DNA of 60,245 nt, from the NCBI RefSeq assembly GCF_036365525.1, contig NC_090379.1, forward strand, positions 43,447,123 through 43,507,367, given 5' to 3'. The notes under the pieces are model-generated. The model ran no database searches. It was not told the origin of the DNA and saw only the letters and a list, made by a program, of their open reading frames with translations. Below are positions 1 to 12,495 of the stretch, piece by piece. The first letter of the stretch is position 1. The number at the start of each line of letters is the position of its first letter. The stretch comes from Heterodontus francisci. Lineage: Eukaryota. A program made the translations under genes and the position numbers.

Positions 1-1010
1 CTTCAATGACTTATGCACATATACACCCAAATTCTCCTAAATCTTTCCTGCACCCTAAAGCCTTCACATTCTTCCTGAATGCGGTGCCCAGAATTGGACA
101 CAATACTCCAATTGAAGTTGAATCAATGTTTTATAAAGGGTCATCATAATTTCCTTGCTTTTGTACACTATGCCTTTTTAACCACTTTCTCAACCTGCCC
201 TGCCTTCTACAATTTGTGCACATATACCCCCAGGTCTCTCTCTTCCTGCACACACTTTAGAATTGTCCCCTTTATTTTATGCTGCCTCTCCTCCTACCAC
301 ACTTCTCTGCATTAAATTTCATCTGCCCATTCTACCAGCCTATGTCCTCCTCACAGTTCATAATACTTCCAAATATTGTCATCCACAAATTTTGAAATTG
401 CGCCGTGTACACCCAAGTTTAGTTCATTAACATATATCTGGAAAATCAGTGCTCCAAGTACCAACCCTTGGGGAACCCCACTGCATACCTTGCTCTGAAT
501 AACAACAGTTCACCATTATTCTGTTTCCTGTCACTCAGCCAACTTCATATCTGTGTTCCCACTGTCCCTTTATTCCATGGGCTTTGACTTTTTGGCAAGC
601 CTATTATGTGGCACTTTACCAAACACCTTTTGGAAGTCCATGTACACATTCCCCTCCTTTGTATCTCATCAAAAAACTCAAGTTAGTTAGTGGATTTCCT
701 TAATTAATCCATAGCTGTCCAATTTTGTCCTGGATTATTGTTTCTAAAACTTTCCAACCTGTAGTTGCTGGGTTTTATCCTTCCACCCTTTTTTCTTGAA
801 CAAGGGTATAATATTTGCCATTCTCCAGCACCACTGTCATACTTAAGGAGGATTGGAAGATTGCAGCCAGTAACTGTGCAATTTTCACCCTTACTTCCTT
901 CAACATCCTCAGCTGCATCCCATCCAGTTCTGGCGATTTATCAACTTTTATGTTTAGCCAGCCTTTCTAATCCTTCCTTTTTATCAATTTTCAGTCCATT
1001 CAGAATCTCA
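1..1010 (-). mobile_element. Degenerate CR1 LINE ORF2 (RT) fragments
   Basis: Reverse-strand similarity to the CR1 copies at 10.4 kb, 34.0 kb and 43.2 kb (e.g. gtgcccagaattggacacaatactcc; acaccttttggaagtccatgtac). Boundaries approximate. Confidence 0.65.
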
Positions 1011-2127
1011 ACTACTTTTTTTTTTTACTGATTTTGGCAGTGTCTTCTTCCTTGGTGAAGACAGAGTGATCAATGGACTTCAAAATAGAATACAGGGGAA
1101 GATTCTCAAATAACAAAGAATCACTTAGCAATTGGAAGCACTGTAGGTTACATCTGAATGAATGAACTAAAATGGATGCAATGGCCTCCCTTATCTGGGG
1201 GTCCATTAGTCCCCTGATCTATCCCAGACAAAATCTAATTTACATATCTCCATATCCTCTGCTGACTTTCCATTCCTCATTGCAGTAATTTGAAAATCTC
1301 CATGTTTATCTTCAAATCCTTCATGCCCTCACTCCTCCCTACCTTTGAGATCTCTTCCACTCTTACAACCTTGGTCTAAGTACCCACAACTGGAATTTCC
1401 TCCCTTATTGATCCCCAACTCATGAACCCTCCTTCAAACTTTTCTCTGTCCTTACCTTCATACATGATCCCTAGTACCCAGCTCATGCTCAGGTCCAACC
1501 CTCAACTAATACAGGAGTGGAAGGTGAAGCTTGGGTTAATCTTGCTAATGGGAACTGTACCTGGAGATTGGAGAGTAGTGCGTGTAAATCTTAATGCCTT
1601 TTTGTTTTACACATGAATCAGACAGTCATAAACCAGTAATTAGTTTATTAAGCTTGACATTGATATTAGCAAAAATATTAACCTTAATCACAAATTTTAA
1701 ACTTCCAATAACTTGAAAATTGAGTGATTCAAAAATAATTTGTTTAATTACAAAATGGTTTTGGCTTTGGAAATATATCATCCAAGTACAGAAATTAAAC
1801 AATTTTAATGAACAAGGTAACATTTTTGTAAAGTCTACTTGCTAGCCAAAGATAATTAGTAGAGATTCAACAAAAATAAGTATCATCATACCTGGAACTA
1901 TTTAAAATCAGCTGTTCCTGAGAAGACGTCTACAGAACTACTAAATAACAAATCACGAACTATAGTCACAGAAATAACCAGTTCTGCTGCTACTATGTGG
2001 TCATCAGCTAAAAGATTGTTATTTTGGGATTTGGTATACAATGCAAAAGTGCAAACCAATCTATAATACAATGTATTACAGCTTTAAACTAAAAATATAA
2101 ATATTGTATTCCAAGAGTCTGAACAAA

Positions 2128-2133
2128 TTTATT
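2128..2133 (-). terminator. Candidate polyadenylation signal AATAAA for DNAAF2
   Basis: First AATAAA about 60 nt after the stop codon on the minus strand. Confidence 0.45.
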
Positions 2134-2191
2134 AAATCAGATACTGTATAATAAAGATAAAGTTTTCTTTATAAACAAATCAAGCATTTCT

Positions 2192-2866
2192 CTAATCTAG
2201 TGCATATAACTCAGTATTCTGGAAGCTGAATGCAGAATGTGTTTTATGGTCACTAATAATATTAACACTTTCATCAGTAGGATTGATCTCCTCAAGAATT
2301 TGCAGCGCAGCTGTTTGCTGAATAAACTTAGAAGAGTTGCCACTCTTCTGGTCACTTGGAAGGTCATCTTCATCAAGTACATTATCAACCACTTCCACAC
2401 ACCTTTTAGAATTGACTGACCTTTTACAATTTGCAGATATTGGATCATTAGCATGTGCCATGTTGAGGTCTGAGGTTGGCATAATTGATTGACTTTTAAT
2501 TTCAACCTCGCTAATAAGTTTGCTCTCATCAGCAGGATTAAAACAGCGACTGAGAGTCAACTGATCCATCTCATCCCTTGGCATTTTCATTATAGTTCCT
2601 TCTGCTGCATTAGATGTCTGTGCAAAATTATCATTAGTCCTGGACTCAGCAACTAACTGGTCTCTGTGATTAGATACAAACTCTGCAGCATCATCTGCCA
2701 AAGGTGTCTCCTTTTCCAATTGGTTATCCCTTACAATAGATTCAGAGAAGCAGATTTCTTCTGTATGTTGCTGAATGTTTGATGCAGCATTACAAGCTTC
2801 ATTCTGGTTAATTCTGTCTGGTTGCAGAGAAGGTCCATGGGGGCTGGTGTCATCATTCTCTTGTTG
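2192..2866 (-). CDS. DNAAF2: DNAAF2 last coding exon (QQENDD...FSFQNTELYALD*)
   Basis: Acceptor ttttataatttcag|CAA is in frame with ORF 2192..2719. C-terminal FSFQNxxLYxLD* is typical of DNAAF2. Spliced total 918 aa. Confidence 0.9.
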   Translation of the reverse strand, partial: QQENDDTSPHGPSLQPDRINQNEACNAASNIQQHTEEICFSESIVRDNQLEKETPLADDAAEFVSNHRDQLVAESRTNDNFAQTSNAAEGTIMKMPRDEMDQLTLSRCFNPADESKLISEVEIKSQSIMPTSDLNMAHANDPISANCKRSVNSKRCVEVVDNVLDEDDLPSDQKSGNSSKFIQQTAALQILEEINPTDESVNIISDHKTHSAFSFQNTELYALD

Positions 2867-3229
2867 CTGAAATTATAAAAGCGACATTTTTATCTGAATT
2901 AGAAATTGAAAATATTAGCTAAATCTGTTAAAAAAAAATCACATCACTGATCCATTACTGATTCACAAGGCTCTGAACAAATGTCGATAAAGTCAGACCA
3001 GGGATTTGGCAGATTTCAGTTTACATAGTAATGGCTCCTTGCTATCACATGACTGTTTCTGTGGTTATTTCTGTTTGTTGGCACTGAGGGTAGTGACAGA
3101 TATTCAGGAATAATGTGATTGAAAAATCTGTCATTAATAATTACATGATTAACAAAGATTGACATGACAATGATATCACACAGCAATTTCAAATTCCATT
3201 CAAATGTTACCAAGGTCACAAGTAAAATA

Positions 3230-3420
3230 TAAATCTGGAATGCACTGCTTGAAGCAGATTCATTAGTAACTTTCCAAAGGAAATTAGATATATACCTGAA
3301 AAGGAAAAAAAATTACAGTGCAATGGGGAGCGAGCAGGGGAGTGGGACTAATTGAACTTTGAAAGAGCTGACACAGGCATAATGGACCAAATGGCCGCCT
3401 CCTGTGCTGCAAGATTTTAT
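3230..3420 (+). mobile_element. CR1 LINE 3' tail fragment
   Basis: ...ggaccaaatggccgcctcctgtgctg tail shared with other CR1 ends in the window. Confidence 0.55.
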
Positions 3421-4592
3421 GATAAATGTAGGTGGATGTTTATTTTGTTTACAATTATGACGATTAATGGTGTCTTGTGGTAAAGAATAGCAGGAAATAT
3501 ATAAATTACAAATGCAGTACATCTAATATAATAAACATACTTCAAAAGTGTCCATGAGAAATGGCATAAATAGTATATACAAATATGTCAAGCCTGAAAT
3601 AAAATCCAAGACAAACAGCTGTACAAAAAAAGTTTTTTTTATTTTAGTATTGTTTGATCAATGAAAACACCAATAAAAGTTAAATTTTGAACCATCTATA
3701 AATTCCTTTTCTTGGGACACAAATAAAAATTATCCAAATTAGGAACTAAAAGAGTAACACTTAACATCAAACTATTAAATCATGTTGTGCAAAACATATC
3801 TGTAAAGAGAAGCAAATTTCTGGTTTTACCATGATTCATTACCCGCTCAAAATGCTTGTGCAAGGAAGTTCATTATTTTCTTAATTAGATTTTACATGAA
3901 GATAAAACACCCAATAGGAATTCCATTTGACCTGCTTTTCAATAACGTTTAGTGTACTGGTATGGTTAGGGTAACAAAGATTTCCATTTTCTACCAGAAT
4001 ACAGTGTCTTTAAGTGAGAGGATAGGCTGCTGATGGGTTCCCAGGCCCCGAGCAATGCCAGATACTTTGAGTGCAATTCTGCCTCCAAAGGAGGGAAGGT
4101 TAAAATGAGTAGTTGACCTATACAGACCTGGAATGTCCCAGGTTTGATCCAAGTTTGTGCTGTGCGAGATGACATTCGTTGGGGTAGGAGGAGGAGTTTG
4201 GAATTTTCCTTGGTTAGGTGGCAGAAAACGGACACCTAATCACAATCCTCTTTATAAGTTCATGTGTTTGGATGTTGGGTGAGGACAGGATTGGACTCAG
4301 CTATAACACTTGCTGCAATTGCCCACCAACAATCACTGCAGGCTCACACAGGAAGAATGGCCATTTAGATGAGATACTAGATGACAACTTGGACACAACC
4401 TTCAGCAGAGATGAAAAAGGGGAAAAAGTTTGCAAACGAAGAAGAAAATTGGAGAAAAGGACACATCTGTTAAATTCAATCATAATCTAGTTAGTTGATA
4501 TGGAGCAACCTATTTCTGCAATGTTTCTCTCGATGGTCGAAGAAGAGGATGGTTTCTTGATGAACCTTTAGATTTGGTTTCACATAACTCAC

Positions 4593-4739
4593 CTTAGAAT
4601 GAATAACAAGGCCACATTCACTGACATCCGACACACTAATTACCACAGGATGTTTTTCAGATAGCTCATCTGGGACTGGATCCTCCAAGGAAGTATTCAG
4701 CAATTGATCAACATTTTCTGAAGTTAGAAACAACTTTTT
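4593..4739 (-). CDS. DNAAF2: DNAAF2 coding exon 2 (KKLFLTSENVDQLL...LVIHSK)
   Basis: Acceptor tttctgtttag|AAA, donor AAG|gtgagt, 147 nt, phase 0-0. Resembles mammalian ERLFVNEENVNEFL as recalled. Confidence 0.9.
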
Positions 4740-4938
4740 CTAAACAGAAAGAACACTTCATGTTCACATGTTTAACAGAGGACATCTGACAAAAGCATAC
4801 TTAATTATGCTTCTAACTTATTAATAGTATCCTGAAACAAAACACATAATTCATTCAAACCTAACTTAATTAATTCCTACATTTTTCAAATTCGCAGTAT
4901 CTTTATATTGTGCCAACCTGTAATAATGGATACTTAAT

Positions 4939-5563
4939 GGCCAGAACTTTACGGACCCCCAACGAGCAGGCTGGTGGCAGGGCATAAGATTGAGTGCGAT
5001 GTGGGGGCCATTCGCAACCCCCCCCCCCCCCGCCCCCCCGTTATAATTTTATGCAGGGCGGTGGCAGTGAGAAACGGCCCACCCACCCCAGGCCAATCAA
5101 GGCCCTTAAGTGGCAAATTAACTGCCACTTAAGGACCTCCTCCCGACGCTATGGGTATGTTACCCTGGGTGGCCAGACGGCAAAGGCCCCCCAAGAACCC
5201 CTCCTGATAAAACCAGGCGGCCTTCTTGCAGGTTGGGCCCTCCTGATCGGGCATCCTGTCCCCCACGGAAGGCCGCCCCCAATTCCAACCACCCCCGATG
5301 TACAACATGCTCCCCACCAACCAACCCCCCCTTGCCTCGCCGGGGCCCGGCCAATTGTTCCCGGCGAAGCCCTAAAAACTTACCTGAGTTCCAGGACTGT
5401 CCTTCCTGTTATCTCCGAAGGCTGGGGGTATTCCCAGCAGTGGCCACCGCTCCCAGACTTCTTGCCTTAAGGAGGTGGAAGTCCTGCCCAAGACCAAAGA
5501 CGGACTCGCCACCGACTTTTCGGCCAGTGGGCAGGGCCTCCTGCCCAACATAAAATTTGGGCC
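4939..5563. mobile_element. PIF/Harbinger-type MITE
   Basis: Imperfect TIRs GGCCAGAACTTTACG / CATAAAATTTGGGCC; 3-bp TSD AAT; GC-rich interior similar to 32622-33346. Confidence 0.75.
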
Positions 5564-8064
5564 AATAAAATGGGTTTTAGTATTTTGTATTACAGGTTTA
5601 TAGTATGTGATGAAAGTCCATATTGTTGGCATGCTACAAGGCCTTGTAGACAATGCATATGTGACTGTGCACATGGAATTTGGGTTCAACAGGTATCAGA
5701 GATTAGATGAGACTTGTAGAGGTCCTTCCACCTTACTCCTGATGCCTTGTATCAGATAGATGAAAAGTTACACCTGGAACTTTAATATTGCAATAAAGGT
5801 TACAATAGTTTGAAAAAAGCAAGGGCCTCCCACAGTTCGGTCACTATCCTGATCCTACTCGGAGGCTATGGTGGAGATTTTCCATTTTGCCGGTTATGTT
5901 GGAAGGAAAGCCATCAGTTAGTGAAGTTGTCAGCTTGTTTTGGGTTTTGCGATACCTACTTTTTGTGTGACATCGACATTCGTCTGCAGTTGTTAATAGT
6001 ACTGGATTGGGAAACCTGCTTAGGTGGGAGCCGAGATTTGCCGAGAGAATAGTAGCGGCAGCATTCGACATCTTTGTACCTTTGGAGTTTTGGTCAATTG
6101 GAGTTTTATCTCCTCACGTGTTCTTTGGACATATTAGACTTCACCTACAAATGAGCTCTGAGGCGACATAATAGTAACTGAACATTCACCACGGACCACT
6201 AGCAAGCGGTCCTGAAAGAAAGCAAGGTCAAACTTTGTTGTATCCAATGTACAATGTATAATTTATACTGACTTTGATTTGACCATTAAATACAAAAATA
6301 TGGTGAAATCTTGTTTCTCGATTTTTATTGTTGTGGTCATTTGGTGAATGCTATTCTTTTGTTTGGGTTGATCCCAACATGGATTGTAACAAGCACAAAT
6401 TAATTCAAACCTCTTCTGTAAAATGTAAGCAGTCCATGAATAAAACCAATAAACATATAATCTTACACTACAATACTACATATATAGAGGCAAACAAGCT
6501 GATATTGTGCTAATAAACTGACATATCAAATTAATTCCCAATTAGTAAAGTGTCTTTGTAATTTACAATGCTGCTTGCATACTCACAAATACGTGTAAAC
6601 TTACAAGTCGGAAGCTGCTCAATTCCAAATACCATTTTTGATATAACTACATAACTGAATGTATTTTTTAAAGTTTATTTTGCCACACAATTATACCATT
6701 AGACTATGCAGCACATCATGGCATATTACAAAATGGAGAAGGAGCAGTACTGAATCACTACACTACAAGAATTCCTTTTGTATGCTGTCTTTTCTGCATC
6801 AATAATTTTTCATGCAAGACCTCCTCCAATCTATTATACTGTATTCGCTGCTCACAGTGTAGTCTCCTTTACATTGTGGAGACCAAACTCAGATTAAGCG
6901 ATGGCTTAACTGAACATCTCCATTCTGACTGAAACTGTGGCCTTTCCGTGGCGACAGTAACTTCCTCTTCCATTCCCACTATGATTTCTCCATCTTTGGT
7001 CTCCTACACTGTTCAAACCACGCACACAATTGCTTCAGGAACAGTATCTTTATCTATAAAGGGTATTCTTCAGCCCTCTGGTCAGGACAGTAACTTCAGA
7101 CCTTAACTACATCCCCTTTGTTTTCTGGTTAAATCAGCTACCTTTACTTGTGCTTAAAATGTATTCCAAGGGTTAGGGACACCTAATTACTTCTACAGCC
7201 AAGACAACGGACAGTCTGGAAGTATATAGAATGGGCTGGGAACAAATAAAACTTTGCTTGGGAAATTAGGCTTCAATAGGAACACATCAACTGGAATGAT
7301 CCACCAGCTTGTGTTAATGGAAAAACTTGGGGTTTACTGATTTCACCAATTTCCACCAATAAATGAATATATTTTATCCAGATAATAAAATGGTAAAATC
7401 CAATTGCCTCCCATATTTGTGACTTTCCACCCCCCCGAAATCTCCTGTTTTCGTACCAACAAATCTGGTCTACAGGTGTACGCACATTACATCAGCATGC
7501 ATGTTACTATATATGCTGTGCTAATACCATGTTTGCAATGGGCATGCATTTCTGAAATCAATTTTCAGGAGGAAAAGAGGCAAAGATATTGCAATTTGTA
7601 TTATTTAAGGGGACCTGGATCATCTTTAGGTAGCATTGTGAGGACTATATTTTTTGATATACTAAGTATCAGTAAAGTATGTGGCAAGGATACTACTGCA
7701 CTAATACTGTTATCATATTGATGGTCTTTGGAATGTTGTCATTCAAAGACTGCATCAGGTACACACACCAAGGCACTGTTTACTAAGGAGAAAGCTCACA
7801 TTATTCCTTTGTGCATAATCTCTAACAATTTTTAAAATTCATTTTGAATGTTACTTTAGGAACTTAGAGATACTGCTTTAGCTTTTAATAACCCTGTGAC
7901 TGGTTCATCCCTAAAAATAAACAGCATTACATTGATTTTAAAATGTTTTCAGTATTTGTTTTACAAAAACTAGGTCAATGAAAAGACTAAAGGGGAGGGC
8001 AGAAGAATTAATGCAACAATCACATTTGTACATGACAGGTGATTTCTGGGACCAGAAAGGTTAC

Positions 8065-9999
8065 CTGTAAACAGTTGTGTGTATCTCCAGCATGAAAGCT
8101 TTGCCATAGGCCTGGACACTCAGGTGATTTTATTAACACTACTGCAGCATTGTCTTCAGATATATTAAGTATACTTTCTGTGGTATCCAGCCGATGTTCA
8201 GGAGGAAACTGAACAATCAAGGAATACAAGGCATCAGAGTCTTTTGTCCCAAATATAACACTATATTCATGAGTATAAAGTACTGACTTCAAACTCTCTT
8301 CATTGATATTTCGCACTTGCAGTATAAATGTAACAGAGTCTTCATTTTGATGGTAATGGAAATCAGGACACACTGGTTCAGTTTCCTTTAAATTGTCTTC
8401 TGAGCAGAATTCAGTGTTTGCAGATGAATCTACTTGTAGATGATCATTTACTTGTCTATCCGCAGTACGACTGTATATCTTTTCCAAAGGCCCAAGAAAG
8501 TCTTTACCACTAGAAGCAACGGCACCTTCTTTCAGGGCATTTTCCTGTTCATCAGAATCTACCTCTGAAACAAGTTTGGGATAAGCAATCACATCATTTG
8601 TTTTCACAAAACTATTATTTGAAACTGATGCAGCTGCTGTAACAACTAACTCAGAAGGAATTTTGATTTGGCTCAGTTCGAGGTGTTCATTGTTCTGAGA
8701 TTGTTCCAAATCGGAATCTTGTAAGGCACTAACCAGTTCGAACTCATCTTCAGGATTTATACAAGTACCAGCACACTCTCCATTTTGTTGATGGGAACAT
8801 CCTTCGGGCTGAAATAATTCTGATTCAGAGTGTGGCTGGCTACTTTCTGTGGACTTGTTCTTTCCTTTTTGCTTGTTATCAATACTGGGATCTTGTTCAA
8901 TTTCTAGGATAGGGACTTGCTTTACAGGTACCACAGGCAAAGTAACCACAAGCTGTCTCTTGGATTTGTTAAATTTAGCTGATCCCAAATTTTCATCTAC
9001 TGGGTATGGCAGAGGCAAATCAAGCTTGTAAGCTGGTTTCCGCGACTCCAAACATAACAGCTTCTCAGTCACATCCAAACAGGCATCCTCAGCAGAATTA
9101 AGCAAAGGGAGGTCAATGGTGATCACCAGTTCTTTAGGTCTGGTGCTGGGAGCAGCTTCACGAGCATATCGGTAATCCTGCAATTCAAAATGGGATCTAT
9201 AAATAATGGAGTATTTGGGTTGGGTGAATTTGCTGTCTTGTGCTTTTGTATTCTTGTCTTTCGCAGCAGCTTTTGAGCTCTTGCTCATTGTTTTAGCTTT
9301 TGTGCCATTTCCAGAAGCACTTTCTGACTTTGGAAGATCGAAGGGATATGGAAACCTTAAAGGGTCGTCTTTTTCCAGAGGCTCTTTGGGACCACCAAGG
9401 AGAGGTTTGCGAATGACAGCAGCCTGGGGCAACCCCTTGTATTTTACTTTTAAAGACTTAACGTTTTTTAAATCTAGTTTTGCATTTAGTTGTTTCTCTA
9501 TCACGTCTATGGAAGTTTGATCTACCATTTTTTTAAACTTCTTATTTTTATTGGCCATGTACAGTGTGTCTGGATGAAACACCACATCGTAAATCAAGTG
9601 CTTTCTGCCACCTGCACCCAGATCTTCCCTCCCAGGCGCCAAACTGTAGGGAAGAGACCAATGCTGCCCCACCGTCCCATTAGTCCCTTTTCCGGCTTTG
9701 CAAATGGGCTTATTTATCAGATCGTTGCTGCAGACGTTAATGAAACATTTCTTGTCCCCGTTGACGCTGGTTTTGAGAACATAACCCGGTGTGGGATGCA
9801 CGAACTTGATGTCCATGCCTCTCTCCTTTTCCAGCTGAGTGATTTCCTCTTCGTACTTCTTTTTGTTTTCTGGATTGGAGATTTCTTCCGCGTATTCAGA
9901 CAACATTTTTCTAAACTTCTCATCTTTAAACGCTTTCGTAAAGCGCTCCACTTCATCCCGGGTCAACTCCAACTCCTCGAGCTTGGAAGCAGCCGCCAT
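8065..9999 (-). CDS. DNAAF2: Dynein axonemal assembly factor 2 (kintoun), coding exon 1 (645 codons; PIH1 + CS domains)
   Basis: Lies in ORF 8020..10032. ATG at 9999 starts MAAASKLEELELT. PIH1 motifs FVHPTPGYVLKT, CFINVCSN, WSLPYSL and YDVVFHPDTL; CS-like PKELVITIDLPLL...AKFNKSKRQLVVTLPV. Phase-0 donor CAG|gtaacc at 8065/8064. Confidence 0.95.
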
Positions 10000-10095
10000 T
10001 TCCCAACCTAGCAACAGACCACACCACAGCAAAACCTCAACTTCGGTGCGTCTCCATCCGCTAGATTAGGTCGCATCGTGATGACGTCGAAAATC
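9990..10095 (-). promoter_or_regulatory. DNAAF2 CpG-rich promoter/5'UTR with RFX (X-box) half-site, YY1-like and CRE-like motifs
   Basis: CCTAGCAACAG at 10007-10017; GCCGCCATTT over the ATG; TGACGTCG at 10082-10089; locally raised CpG content. Confidence 0.55.
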
Positions 10096-10394
10096 AAGAA
10101 AGCTTTTGCAGACATTTCATTTAAATCGTTCCTTTCTCCATTTCCGAAGTGATAAAGTTAAGTTTCCTTTTTATTTTTTTTTAAAGAGCTATTTATAGAA
10201 ATGTGCTTTTATGTATAGAAAACGTTGCATTTTGGGTGTTTACTTTACGTGACGGATGCAGACAGGAATCAATGGTGTGATGCGTCCTGGTTGTCAAGAA
10301 GATACCGGACAAACCGAAAAATTACACGCCGTATTGGCGGTAATGCTCCTTCCTGCTTTCAGTACATCGGAGTTCATGTAAATAATAGAGTTTA

Positions 10395-11152
10395 ATTTGG
10401 CGTTCCACAGGACTCAGTGTTGGGTCCCTTGCTGTTTGTGGTATATATTAATGATTTGGATTTAAATGTGGGAGGTATGATTGGGAAATTTGCTGATGAC
10501 ACAAAAATTGGCTGTGTGGTTGATAGTGAAGAGGACAGCCGTAGACTCCAGAAAGATATCATTGGTTTGGTTGAGTGGGTGGAAAAGTGGCAACTGGAAT
10601 TCAGTCTAGATAAGTGTGAGGTAATGCATTTGGGGACAGCAAATAAAGCAAGGGAATACACAATAAACGGGAGGATATTGAGAGGGTTAGAAGAAGTGAG
10701 AGACCTTGGAGTTTATGTCCACAGGTCCCTGAAGGTGGCAGGACAGGTAGATAGATAGAGTGGTGAAGAAGACATATGGAATGCTTTCCTTTAGTGGCCG
10801 AGGTATAGAATTCAAAAACAGGGATGTAATGCTGGAACTGTATAAGACATTGGTTAGGCCACAGTTAGAGTACTGCGTACAGTTCTGGTCACATTACAGA
10901 AAGGACATAATTGGTCTGGAGAGAGTACAGAGGTGATTTACAAGAATGTTGCCAGGGATTGAAAGTTTCAGCTATGAGGAAAGATTGGATAGGCTAGGGT
11001 TGTTTTCCTTAGAACAGAGGAGACTGAGGGTGACTTAATTGAGGTGTACAAAATTATGAGGGGCCGAGATGGAGTAGACAGGAAGGACCGGTTTCCCCTA
11101 GCTGAGAGGTCAGTTACCAGGGAGCACAGATTTAAGGTGATTGGTAGAAGGC
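10395..11152 (+). mobile_element. CR1 (HER1-like) LINE, 3' part of ORF2 RT
   Basis: ORF 10417..10758: LGPLLFVVYINDLD...KFADDTKIG. Confidence 0.9.
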
Positions 11153-12018
11153 TGATGATTGCACAATGTTCAGCTGCATTTGTAACTTAGATACTGAAGT
11201 AGTTCGTGCCTGCATGCAGCAAGACCTGGACAACAGTCAGGCTTATGCTGATTAATGCTCAGTAACATTCGCACCATGCAAAAGCCAGGCAATGACCATC
11301 TCCAACAAGAGAGAATGTAAACATCTCCTCTTGACATTCAATGATATTACCATTGCTGAATTCCCCACCATCAACACCCTGCAGGTTACCAATGACCAGA
11401 AACTTAACTATACCAGCTATATAAATACTGTGAATACAAGAGCAGGTCAGAGGCTGGGAATTCTGCGGCAAGTAACTCAACTCCTGACTCCCAAGCCGGT
11501 CCACCATCTACAAGGCACAAGTCAGGGGTGTGATGGAATACTGCCACTTGCCTGGATGAGTGCAGCTCCAACAAGACTCAAGACGGTGGACAACATTCAG
11601 GACAAAGCAGCCCACTTGATCGGCACCTCATCCATCACCTTAAACTGGTGCACAGTGGCAGCAGTGTGTACCACCTACAAGATGCACTGCAGCAACTCAC
11701 CAAGCCACCTTAGACAGCACCTTCCAAACCTGTGACCTCTACCACCTAGAAGGACAAGGGTAGCAGACGCATGGGAACACCACCACATGCAAGGTCCCCT
11801 CCAAGCCACACACCATCTTGACTTGGGAATATATTGCCTTTCCTTCACTGTTGCTGGGTCAAAAACCTGGAATTCCCTCCCTAACAGTGCTGTGGATGTG
11901 CCTACACCACATGGACCGCAATGGTTCAAGAAGGTAGCTCACAACCACCTTCTCGAGGGCAATTAGAAATGGGCAATAACTGCTGGCCTTGCCAGCGATG
12001 CTCACATCCCAAGAATAA
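11150..12018 (+). mobile_element. Second LINE family (CR1/L2-group), 5'-truncated, with 3' end
   Basis: Same family as 14575-16745; ends ...gccagcgatgctcacatcccaagaat. Confidence 0.85.
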
Positions 12019-12029
12019 ATAAGAAAAAA

Positions 12030-12495
12030 CATAAGATATAGGAGCAGGAGTAGGCCATATGGACCATCGAGCCTGCTCTGCCATTCAATAAAATAGTGGC
12101 TGATCTTCGACCTCAACTCCCCTTTTCTGCCCAATTCCCATATTCCCAGATTTACTTCCCAAAAAAGTCAGTTGATCGGTCTTAGATATGATAATTGACA
12201 GAAGTAGTTCATGCCTGCATGCAGCAAGACCTGGACAACATTCAGGCTTGGGCTGATTCGTGACAAGTAACATTCGCACCATGCAAAAGCCAGGCAATGA
12301 CCATCTCCAACAAGAGAGAACGTAAACATCTCCTCTTGACAGTCCTCTGGGGTAGAGAATTCCAAAAGATTCACAACCTTCTGTGTGAAGGAATTTTTCC
12401 TCTCAGCCCTAAACAGCCAACCTCTTATCCCAAGACTATGACCACCTGGTTCTAGATGCTCTAGCCAGAGGCACAGTCTAGAACTGGGGGTCATA
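12030..12495 (-). mobile_element. CR1 3' end fragment, interrupted at 12201-12341
   Basis: Reverse complement of a CR1 tail (ggagcaggagtaggccat...; agaattccaaaagattcacaacc). Confidence 0.65.

Noticed and set aside
4994-5689. Pro/Gly-rich ORFs here and at 25.5-26.6, 32.5-33.4, 37.0-37.8 and 41.9-42.6 kb
   Set aside because: They lie in GC-rich MITEs where stop codons are scarce; not credible host genes.
5844-6071. 75-aa minus-strand ORF as an independent small gene
   Set aside because: No recognisable homology or promoter; kept only as part of the candidate alternative exon region.
8020-8064. C-terminal VTFLVPEITCHVQM* of the 670-aa ORF
   Set aside because: Read-through past the exon 1 donor into the intron.
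10000-10032. 11-aa N-terminal extension of ORF 8020..10032 (MLWCGLLLGWE)
   Set aside because: It begins at a non-ATG codon; the ATG at 9999 has a good context and fits the family N-terminus.
8849-10069. Plus-strand ORFs opposite DNAAF2 exon 1
   Set aside because: Antisense shadows of a long coding exon; no recognisable domain.
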